Under the pieces are notes generated by a model. That model ran no database searches, was not told where the DNA came from, and was given only the letters and a program-made list of their open reading frames with translations. A stretch of 64,000 nt of DNA from Nannocystales bacterium (lineage in GTDB: Bacteria > Myxococcota_A > Polyangia > Nannocystales > Nannocystaceae), in NCBI GenBank assembly GCA_050633305.1, contig JBOEGF010000004.1:256001-320000 (forward strand), in the 5' to 3' direction. Of the stretch, positions 56,503 to 64,000 are shown one piece after another (position 1 is the first letter of the stretch; each line of letters opens with the position of its first letter). A program made the translations under genes and the position numbers.

Positions 56503-56813
56503 GTCAGGGATTCGGGCTGTTGGAGTCTTCTCGACACGAAGTCGGCGATCTGCTGAAGCGTAAGGTCGGAGACGTAGCTCCCGTCGACCATGAGGAGGGC
56601 CTGGAACCCGAGCTTGCGGCTGTAGAGTTCTTCGATGGCCACACACAACTGGATGATGTCCACCGAAGCGAAATCGAGGTTCTCGACGACCTGGGTGGTC
56701 CCATCAAGCGTGTCGACGTCGAGGCCCCAGTCGACGATGAGGTCTTCCACGATGACGACGAGGGCCCGTAGGACCGCGGCGCTGGAGGTTACGGATTGCT
56801 GGGTTGGTTCCAC
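56499..56813 (-). CDS. Stand-alone acyl carrier protein
   Basis: Small acidic protein with LDFASVDIIQLCVAIEE (phosphopantetheine Ser). Overlaps both neighbours. Confidence 0.85.
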   Translation of the reverse strand: MEPTQQSVTSSAAVLRALVVIVEDLIVDWGLDVDTLDGTTQVVENLDFASVDIIQLCVAIEELYSRKLGFQALLMVDGSYVSDLTLQQIADFVSRRLQQPESLT

Positions 56814-59800
56814 TGCATGATCTCCGGGTTGGGAGGGCTTGCGACGGCGACGATCGAGGCGCCGTCACGGACAAGGTCGATGTGCACACGGGCGTGTTGG
56901 TGACGGACAACCGCCGTGTCCCCCGCAGGGTCGAGCTGGACCTCAAAGGCGGACGGATCCCCACCGAGCCCACAGCCAAGGAATTTCGCTGCCGCCTCTT
57001 TGGCGCACCAGTAGCGAAGGAGCCGGTCTTGGAGCGCCTCGCCCCGCAGCGCCTCCAAGCTGGCCTGCTCGCTCGTAGACAGCGCCTGTCGGAGAAGCTC
57101 AGGGCGGCGAGCCTTCTCGAGCCCCTCCCGATCAACACCGACTCTGCGCATGCCGTCTGAGATGGCGACAAGGCAGGTCGAGGCATCGTGGGAAAGCGAC
57201 ACCGAGGGAGGGGCGACCAACGCATCGGCCCACACGCCCGTGACATACGGCGCGCCGAGTTCGTCGCTGTCGACGGCGATGGCGCTCGCGTACAGGAGTT
57301 CTCCCGTTTGGCGATAGATCCAAGCCCGCACGGCCTCCTTGATCGCCGCGCGCCCCAGCAGCCATTGCCGACGTCGTCGAGGGGTGTCGCCCAGAGCCTC
57401 GAACACCTGTCGCTCGCGCGCATCGAGGTAGATGCTGGCCAAGATGCGGCCGAAGATCCCCTCGGACTGAGTCAGGAAGGCCTCCGAGAACATGGGCAGC
57501 TCCCACAACGAGACGTCCGAGCGTCCGGGCAGCGAGACCGGTTGTCCGAGCCAGTGCGTCAAGGGCTGCCGCCTCACGTTGTAGAAGCGCAGCGGGACCG
57601 GGAAGTACGCGTTGCGCAGGCCGACCGCGCGCAGCAACGGACGGGAGCGACGGTCGAGGCACTCGAAGTCCCACGTGCGACCTCCAGCGATGTCGGTGCT
57701 GTTGGGATCATCGGGGCGCTGGCGTCCGAGCAGGCGGAGGCCAGACTCGCCTCGGGTCGGGTTTCGGTACAGCTCGAGGCGTTCGATCGTGGAGGGGAAC
57801 GCATTGAAGCGGACCCCGGCATATTGGGCGATCCAGTACGCAGCCACCTGCCCCATCGCATCGAGGACGACGGGGTCGAGCACGAGCCCGGGAAGCTGGC
57901 CCCGTCGCAGGAACCCAAGCGTGCTCTTGGCCGCGAGCCGGGTATCAATGCCCTGTTCGTCCCATCCCTCGATGTGCCGCACACTTTGGAACAACGGGCC
58001 GTGGAACATGCCACTGGTGTAGAGTTCGTCGTCGTTCCAGATGGAGTCGCGGTGTTCTCGGAGCTGCGCCAGCGGTGGGCATCGTGTCTTCGCGGCAAAG
58101 CAGACCTGCGCACGCACAGCGACCCCCGCCGTACCGGTGATCGACGCCTCGTAGCGCCCGCTCGCAGCGTCAATGCAGCGTGCCTCGATTTGGAGTTCGA
58201 GCTCCCCGCGGTCCAGTGCGATCCACGTGAAGGCCTGTACTTGCTCGATGGCTCGGACCGCCACGGACCCCGCAAGGACGGCGCACGCCTCCGCGAGCAC
58301 CTCGAGGCTGACCATGAGCGGCACGCACGACAGACCGCGCAGCTCGGTGTCCGAGACCTCGCCACACAGGATGTGGTCGCGCAAGAACGCCTGCGCCTCG
58401 ACATCGAGGCGGCAGTTCGCCTGCAGCCGTCCGGACCCATCCACGACGACGTCTTCCAACAGCGGAGCCGCGACACGGCGAGCTGCCGTGCTCTGGCGCG
58501 AGGGCATCGGCGTCGGAGCCTCGGCCGCCGCGGGAGGCCGCGCCTTCGGGGCGGTCAGGCGACGCAGCTGCGACGTCTGCTCCGCGGTCAGGGTGATCTT
58601 CGGCATCGAGTTGTCGAGCACCACAAAGCGCCGCGGCGTCTGCTCTCCGCCCTCGAGGTCGATCGTGTCGATCGTCCGCCCGTCGAACAACCGCTCGAGC
58701 TTGAGGGGACGTCCTTGTGTGTAGAGTCGCCCGACGGTCGTGAGGAGCGTGTGAAGGCTTCCTCGACGTCGGTGGTCGGTGGGCAATGCGACCACCCCAG
58801 TACCTCGCGCGATGCTCTGAACGAACGAGGTGAGGTTGGCCGAAGGCCCGACCTCGACGAAGGTGGTCAAGCCGTCGTCGACCATCCGCCGGATCGTCTC
58901 GGTGAACCGAACGGTCTGGGACCACTGCGCCGCCGCCAAGCCACGGACCTGCTCGTCGTCGTCGGGAAACGGTGCTGCCGATGCGCAGGAGTACAGGGTC
59001 GTCGTAGGCTTGCCGACGGCAATGTCGTCGTAGTAGCCCCGAAACTGGGCGCTGGCGGGCGCAAACGCGGGGGTGTGATAGCCGCGGTCGAAGGGCAGCC
59101 GGACGCAGATCCCGCCATCCCCGGTCAGCTTCTCCTCCAGAGTTTCCACCGACTCGGGGGGGCCGAAGACCACGACTTGGTCGGCGCAGTTGTGCATCGC
59201 GACGACGATTGCGGCATCGATTGACGCGGCCACGGACCGCACTTGCGCGATGGGCATCGCTCCGATCGCCAGCAGCCGCCCGCGCGGGACGTCCCCGTCG
59301 GCGAGGACGCGCTGATACACGCTGTTCAATCGCCGGATGGGTTCCGCCACATCGGCGGGCCGGTCCCAGGCGATGGCCCCCGAAGCGACCAGCGCTGAGG
59401 ACTCGCCCGAGCTGTGGCCGAGCATGGCGTCCGGCGTGACGCCCAGTCGCCGCAGGACAGCCATCACGGCCTGCGCCCCGAAGAACACGGCTTCGGAGCC
59501 GACGTCCATGTCGTGAAGCCGGGCCTCCAGCCCCTTGCGCTCCTCTGCGGTCACCGATGACGCAGGCCACACGATGTCCGTCCGGCGATGTCCAGGCGGC
59601 TCGGCGTACACGCCAGACCAGACGTCGAACCACTCTCGGGCGTCTTCGAACGCCGTGGTGAGGTCTTCCAGCATACCGACGTACTGCGAGCCCTCGCCCG
59701 GAAAGACGAAGGCGAGCCGGCCATCATCGGGTCCGGACGCGTACGCCAAGCCGTTGCGGGTGCTGAACTTGGCCGCGTCGGAGGAACGCAGCCGTTCTTG

Positions 59801-61423
59801 GGCTCGGTCCAGTGCCTTGCGGAGCTGTTCCCGGTCGCGAACGACGAACGAGAGTCGATGGGACTCGCCAGGGTCGCGGCGGAGCATCGCGCATGCGATT
59901 TCCTCGGCGGTCCATTCGGCGTTGGCGTCGATGACTCGTGCGAGGGTCTCGAGCGCGGCGAGGAGCGCGTCTTTGCTGGACGCTGAGAGAACACAGAGCT
60001 CGACCGAACGCGGCCCACACGTGGCCGGACGGCTCGCCTCCGGGGGCGCCTCCTCGAGCACGGCATGCGTGTTGATCCCCCCGAATCCGAACGAGTCGAC
60101 CCCTGCCCGACGCGGGTTCGATGGGGGGTGGATCCACGCTGCGGGTGCAGTGGGAATGTACAGAGGCGCCTCGATTCCCAGCTCCGGGTTGACCTCGTCG
60201 CACAAGGTCGGAGGAATCGTCCGATGGTGCAGCGCCAGCGCGCACTTGATCAGTCCCGCGACTCCGGCCGCAGGAATACAGTGACTGATCATCGATTTGA
60301 CCGAGCCCACGGGGAGACAGGGCGCATCGGAACGCTCGCCAAACACCCGCCGCAACGCCGCGATCTCGGTACGGTCTCCCAAGGGTATTCCGGTGCCATG
60401 CGCCTCGATCAGGCTCACGCTGTGGGGGTCGACGCCGGATTGTTCGTAGGCGCGACGAATCGCCAGGGCCTCGCCTTCGAGCGTCGGCGCGAGCAAGCCC
60501 TTCCCTCGGCCATCACTGGACTGCCCCACGCCTCGAAGGACGGCGTAGATGCGGTCTTCGTCCCGCAGCGCATCCTCGAGCCGCTTGAGCACCACGATGC
60601 CGAGCCCCTCTCCCAGGAGCGTCCCGTCACTCCCGCTCTCGAACGGACGCACCCGCCCCCGCCGACTCAGAGCCCCGAGCTGCGTGAAGATGGCGGCGAC
60701 TTCGGGCGGCAGCGACGCGTTGACGCCCCCTGCCAACATCATGTCCGATCGACCCGCGCCCAGCTCGTCTGCCGCAGCCCCGACCGCCAGCAACGACGAC
60801 GAACACGCCGCATCGACCAGGTAGTTGGGACCGCGGAGGTCGAGACGGTTCGCAATGCGCCCGGTCATCACGTTCGGGACCAGGCCCGGGGCGATGTCGG
60901 TGTTGCAGGTGGGGAGGCTGCTCTCGAGCAGCTCCCGGATCTCGGGGATTCGCTCTGGGGCAAGCGTCGGGCATGCAGCGCGCAGCAGCGCGATGCTCTG
61001 GTCGACGACGATGTGGTTTTGGATCAGTGTTCCCTGCCCGCGATGCAGGTACGTGCTGTGGCCAAGCACGACTCCGGTGTCGCGGTGGTCGTAACCCCGT
61101 TCGGCATAGCCGGCGTCGGCCAGAGCCGCGTGCGCGACACTCAGGGCCAGGAACTGGTCGGGTTCGCCACCATCGAGCGAGGACGGCATGATCCCAAAGC
61201 GGTGCGGTTCGAAGCGGAAGAGCTCGCCGAGGTAGCCGCCTGCCGCGGTGTCGACCCGCCCCGACTCGAGGTAACGCTGCGCATCCCAGCTCGCCGGAGG
61301 TTCGCCCACCGCGTCGTGACCGTGGATGATGTTGCGCCAATACGCGTGGAGCGTCGGGGCATCCGGGAACACGCAGGCCATCCCGATGATGGCGATCTTG
61401 GAGGGGGTCGAATCGGCGGACAT
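56789..61423 (-). CDS. Iterative type I PKS: KS-AT-DH-PPTase (no integral ACP seen)
   Basis: KS: DAACSSS, EAHGTG, KSMISH. AT: FPGEGSQY, GHSSGE, GYHT. DH: FLRDHILCG...VP, LDAMGQ. PPTase: SLSHD, VGVDRE, WCAKEAAAK. AGGAG RBS at 61431-61435. Confidence 0.93.
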   Translation of the reverse strand: MSADSTPSKIAIIGMACVFPDAPTLHAYWRNIIHGHDAVGEPPASWDAQRYLESGRVDTAAGGYLGELFRFEPHRFGIMPSSLDGGEPDQFLALSVAHAALADAGYAERGYDHRDTGVVLGHSTYLHRGQGTLIQNHIVVDQSIALLRAACPTLAPERIPEIRELLESSLPTCNTDIAPGLVPNVMTGRIANRLDLRGPNYLVDAACSSSLLAVGAAADELGAGRSDMMLAGGVNASLPPEVAAIFTQLGALSRRGRVRPFESGSDGTLLGEGLGIVVLKRLEDALRDEDRIYAVLRGVGQSSDGRGKGLLAPTLEGEALAIRRAYEQSGVDPHSVSLIEAHGTGIPLGDRTEIAALRRVFGERSDAPCLPVGSVKSMISHCIPAAGVAGLIKCALALHHRTIPPTLCDEVNPELGIEAPLYIPTAPAAWIHPPSNPRRAGVDSFGFGGINTHAVLEEAPPEASRPATCGPRSVELCVLSASSKDALLAALETLARVIDANAEWTAEEIACAMLRRDPGESHRLSFVVRDREQLRKALDRAQERLRSSDAAKFSTRNGLAYASGPDDGRLAFVFPGEGSQYVGMLEDLTTAFEDAREWFDVWSGVYAEPPGHRRTDIVWPASSVTAEERKGLEARLHDMDVGSEAVFFGAQAVMAVLRRLGVTPDAMLGHSSGESSALVASGAIAWDRPADVAEPIRRLNSVYQRVLADGDVPRGRLLAIGAMPIAQVRSVAASIDAAIVVAMHNCADQVVVFGPPESVETLEEKLTGDGGICVRLPFDRGYHTPAFAPASAQFRGYYDDIAVGKPTTTLYSCASAAPFPDDDEQVRGLAAAQWSQTVRFTETIRRMVDDGLTTFVEVGPSANLTSFVQSIARGTGVVALPTDHRRRGSLHTLLTTVGRLYTQGRPLKLERLFDGRTIDTIDLEGGEQTPRRFVVLDNSMPKITLTAEQTSQLRRLTAPKARPPAAAEAPTPMPSRQSTAARRVAAPLLEDVVVDGSGRLQANCRLDVEAQAFLRDHILCGEVSDTELRGLSCVPLMVSLEVLAEACAVLAGSVAVRAIEQVQAFTWIALDRGELELQIEARCIDAASGRYEASITGTAGVAVRAQVCFAAKTRCPPLAQLREHRDSIWNDDELYTSGMFHGPLFQSVRHIEGWDEQGIDTRLAAKSTLGFLRRGQLPGLVLDPVVLDAMGQVAAYWIAQYAGVRFNAFPSTIERLELYRNPTRGESGLRLLGRQRPDDPNSTDIAGGRTWDFECLDRRSRPLLRAVGLRNAYFPVPLRFYNVRRQPLTHWLGQPVSLPGRSDVSLWELPMFSEAFLTQSEGIFGRILASIYLDARERQVFEALGDTPRRRRQWLLGRAAIKEAVRAWIYRQTGELLYASAIAVDSDELGAPYVTGVWADALVAPPSVSLSHDASTCLVAISDGMRRVGVDREGLEKARRPELLRQALSTSEQASLEALRGEALQDRLLRYWCAKEAAAKFLGCGLGGDPSAFEVQLDPAGDTAVVRHQHARVHIDLVRDGASIVAVASPPNPEIMQWNQPSNP

Positions 61424-61443
61424 CGTCGTTCTCCTTGAAGCCC

Positions 61444-63999
61444 TCAGCGTTCTCCTGCGGCGGCAGGTCGTCGGGCGGGTTCGGCCGCCAACCGGTTGAG
61501 TCCTGCGGTCGCGATCCCGCGGAGCCCTTCGACCCGCATCACCAATCGTCCCGTCGCATCGAGGTAGGAGACGTTGGCAAGAATCTGGTCATCCGTCGTG
61601 GTCGCGAGTCGCTCAAAGACCATGGTCAGCCGCGCCGGCATCGTGTCGGTGAAGCGGACGATGCGGCCGAACTCCACCGGAAGCACCGTCTTGTCGATGC
61701 GTTGCCGAGCCCATACGATGGCGAGTTGGGGTCCCGCATCGAGCAGGCCGGGATCGAAGACCCAGCGCGCGCGCCCATCGGGGGCAGCCATCCACTCGGC
61801 GGGCGCGGAGGCTCGGACTTCTGCCGTGGCACCTTTTGGACCCAATCCGTCCACGCGCTCGATCACCTGAAGCGAGGGACCGTGGAACAACACCCCGTAC
61901 GCATCCTTGGCCGACAGGGAGATGCCCTCAGCGTTGTGATGCTCGAATGGTGAGGGCGCATCGAGTTCGGGGCGAAGTCGCAGCACGCATCGGTAGTGCA
62001 TCCGCCGCGGCGCAGCGACCTGTCGCAAGCTTGCCTGCACCTGCAAGCCCCCTTCACCGTCGGGGGCCGTCTTCAACTCGACCTGAACCTGGCGCCCTGT
62101 CTCCGGTCGGTCGATGCCTTTGAGGAGTCGACAACTTTCGATTTCGGCGACACGCAGGTTCGGGAAGCAGGCTTGTGCTGCCTCGGCCATCACCTCGGCT
62201 GCCGCGGCCGCCGGAACGATCGCGGTCCCGTCAATGCGATGCGCGTCGAGGTACAGATGCGTCGCGTCGAAGTTGAGCAACACCGTGTGCACCCCGGTCT
62301 CGTCGATGCTCGGTTCCGCGGCTCCAAGCAACGGTCCGGGAGCCTCGGGCGACCGCGCGAAGGCACCAATCGCCTCTTCAGAGGCCTCCCAGGGTCCCTC
62401 TCCGCAAACCACCTCGACCTCCGGGTTGTCCATGTGCGCCAGTTCATCGGCGAACAACCGTCGGCCGACCGCCGGCGACACGAGTGCGACGCCCTTCTCG
62501 GCGAACTTGGCCTCCGCGACGGCGTCGACCATGCCACTGCCAAACGCGGTCGGTCCCCAGGGTCCCCAACACAGCGCAATGGTCCGCGCTCGAACGCTGC
62601 CGCGAAGCTGGCAGCACATGCGGTTCATCAGTTCGTTGGCGCAGGCGTAGTCGGACTGACCGCTGTTCCCGTAGCGCCCGGCGACCGAACTCATGACAAC
62701 GAAGAACTCGAGCGCTGGGCGCACCGCGAGCTTCTGCAGGAGCGCCAGGCCGATGACCTTCGTCTCGACCACCCGGGACCAGCTCGCTGGCGTCTTGTCG
62801 ACCAGGCGCTTGTCCTCGATCACCCCTGCACCGTGGACCACCCCGAGAACGTCACCGTGGGTCTCACGGACGCGCGTGAACAGGGCTGCCAGCGCGTCCT
62901 CATCTGTGACGTCGACGGCGTGATACTCGACTGTAGCGCCGCGTTGGGCGAGGTCTTCGAGGTTGGCCCGAAGCTCCCGAGCCGCGACCACCCCCTGCAC
63001 CTGGCGCTCGAGTGCCACTGGGGTGGCACGAGTGCCCGCCGCCTTGGCCTCACCGATGAAGTGACGGCGGAGTTCAGCCGGTTCCCGAAGCGCTGCCATC
63101 GCCTCCGACTCGGCCTCCGGCATTGGGCGACGACCTGTCAGGATCAGCGTGACGCCCGGGCGTGCGAGAGAACGCAACAGCTCTGCCGTGACCCCCCGCC
63201 CTCCTCCAGTGGCGAGGACGACCCCGGCTTCGCTCCACGGCTGCGGCGCCGTCGCGTCGGCTGGTGCGATCGGGGTTGCAACGGTCGCAAAGACTGTCCG
63301 CTCGCCCCCGGGGTAGCCCACCTCCTGGCGGCCACCCTCAACCGACAACTCCGAGATGAGGAATTCGGCGAGCCTGTCGGCGGGCAGCGTGGGATCGAGG
63401 TCGACCGCCTTGGTGCGCAATCCGGGCCGCTCTTCACGGTAGGACTTGAGCATGCCGACCGCCCCCCCTTGAACCGCGAAGCCGTCCTGATGCGAGGGGG
63501 TACCCCGTGCGAACGTCCCTCCGAGCGCGGTCGCAGCCAACACGTGAGCGCGCTCCCCGAGCACCGGATCGAGAGAGCGGAGCAGGAGGAACAACGACTT
63601 GTCGAGCTCGAGCGCTCGACGCCAAGCCTTCGCCCCCGCATCGCGAGACACACGCGAAGCGCCGAGTGCAGCGAGATGAACGACGCCCGCCACGGATCGA
63701 AGCGCGGCCCCGTTCGCCTCGTGCCAGGCGGTCAACGCCTCCTCGCTCTCGCCCGCGCGTGTCCACAGCACCGCCTCTCGGCCCTGCTGCTTCAGCGCCT
63801 CCACCAACGCCTCGGCAACCCCGAGAGTGTCGCGAACGACGACGAAGGTGCCCTCCTCAAGGGAGCGCCGAGCGTTGGTGGGGAGCGCCCGTGGCTGCGG
63901 GACCACGACAAACCGAGGTGGGTGTTCGACCGCGTCGACCCCTGATCCCACCTCGGCTCCATCAAAAGGGCGCGAGCCCTCCACAGCCGGACTCGACGC
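61444..63999 (-). CDS. Type I PKS, C-terminal KR-DH portion (5' end lies beyond the window)
   Basis: KR: TGGGRGVT, HGAGVIEDK, SSVAGRYGNSGQSDYACAN, WGPW. DH: YLDAHRIDGTAIVP, LFHGP, LDAGPQ. Frame is open to the window edge. Confidence 0.93.
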   Translation of the reverse strand, partial: ASSPAVEGSRPFDGAEVGSGVDAVEHPPRFVVVPQPRALPTNARRSLEEGTFVVVRDTLGVAEALVEALKQQGREAVLWTRAGESEEALTAWHEANGAALRSVAGVVHLAALGASRVSRDAGAKAWRRALELDKSLFLLLRSLDPVLGERAHVLAATALGGTFARGTPSHQDGFAVQGGAVGMLKSYREERPGLRTKAVDLDPTLPADRLAEFLISELSVEGGRQEVGYPGGERTVFATVATPIAPADATAPQPWSEAGVVLATGGGRGVTAELLRSLARPGVTLILTGRRPMPEAESEAMAALREPAELRRHFIGEAKAAGTRATPVALERQVQGVVAARELRANLEDLAQRGATVEYHAVDVTDEDALAALFTRVRETHGDVLGVVHGAGVIEDKRLVDKTPASWSRVVETKVIGLALLQKLAVRPALEFFVVMSSVAGRYGNSGQSDYACANELMNRMCCQLRGSVRARTIALCWGPWGPTAFGSGMVDAVAEAKFAEKGVALVSPAVGRRLFADELAHMDNPEVEVVCGEGPWEASEEAIGAFARSPEAPGPLLGAAEPSIDETGVHTVLLNFDATHLYLDAHRIDGTAIVPAAAAAEVMAEAAQACFPNLRVAEIESCRLLKGIDRPETGRQVQVELKTAPDGEGGLQVQASLRQVAAPRRMHYRCVLRLRPELDAPSPFEHHNAEGISLSAKDAYGVLFHGPSLQVIERVDGLGPKGATAEVRASAPAEWMAAPDGRARWVFDPGLLDAGPQLAIVWARQRIDKTVLPVEFGRIVRFTDTMPARLTMVFERLATTTDDQILANVSYLDATGRLVMRVEGLRGIATAGLNRLAAEPARRPAAAGER

Positions 64000-64000
64000 C

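Noticed and set aside
57188..63945. 678-aa and 649-aa plus-strand ORFs
   Set aside because: Antisense shadows of the PKS genes.
56789..64000. Calling the PKS an enediyne PKSE or a canonical Pfa PUFA synthase
   Set aside because: PKSE is a single KS-AT-ACP-KR-DH-PPTase chain. Here the domains are split differently, and no tandem ACPs or chain-length factor are visible in the window. The missing 5' part prevents a firm call.
1..64000. tRNA/rRNA genes, CRISPR arrays, IS elements, integrases
   Set aside because: None recognised by eye. Intergenic gaps are short and lack repeat-spacer or cloverleaf patterns; a covariance-model scan would be needed to exclude small RNAs.

Overview
A high-GC, gene-dense bacterial window whose gene content points to a myxobacterium (Myxococcota, Nannocystaceae-like; this is inference from the many Ser/Thr/Gly-linker lipoproteins, membrane Ser/Thr kinases and the DUF3857/transglutaminase pair). 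(1) 1-25.9 kb is a backbone-like region: dtd, an ArnC/DPM-like GT2, a tandem pair of TPR-DUF3857-transglutaminase proteins (one with an intact catalytic triad, one without), an HExxH metallopeptidase lipoprotein, a predicted beta-barrel gene coupled to a 13-CxxCH cytochrome c, lepA-lepB and a Ser/Thr kinase. The LepB carries a ~458-aa insertion with three exactly spaced 139-aa repeats. (2) 26.1-39.1 kb is an uncharacterised minus-strand unit: a kinase-associated ECF sigma factor, a TM/TPR Ser/Thr kinase, a 348-aa orphan, then two very large beta-rich proteins (1615 and 1204 aa) with no signal peptide or recognisable catalytic motif. (3) 39.3-46.5 kb holds five secreted lipoproteins and a truncated haemoglobin. 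(4) 46.9-64 kb is a tightly coupled minus-strand iterative type I PKS cluster that runs off the window: ...KR-DH; KS-AT-DH-PPTase; free ACP; two alkaline-phosphatase-superfamily enzymes; a sulfotransferase; two alpha/beta hydrolases; a predicted propeller protein; and a PqqD-like/degenerate M50/HlyD fusion. I saw no rRNA, tRNA, CRISPR array, transposase or integrase. Start codons were re-called by eye where the ORF track overextends. All family assignments come from motif recognition, not database searches.
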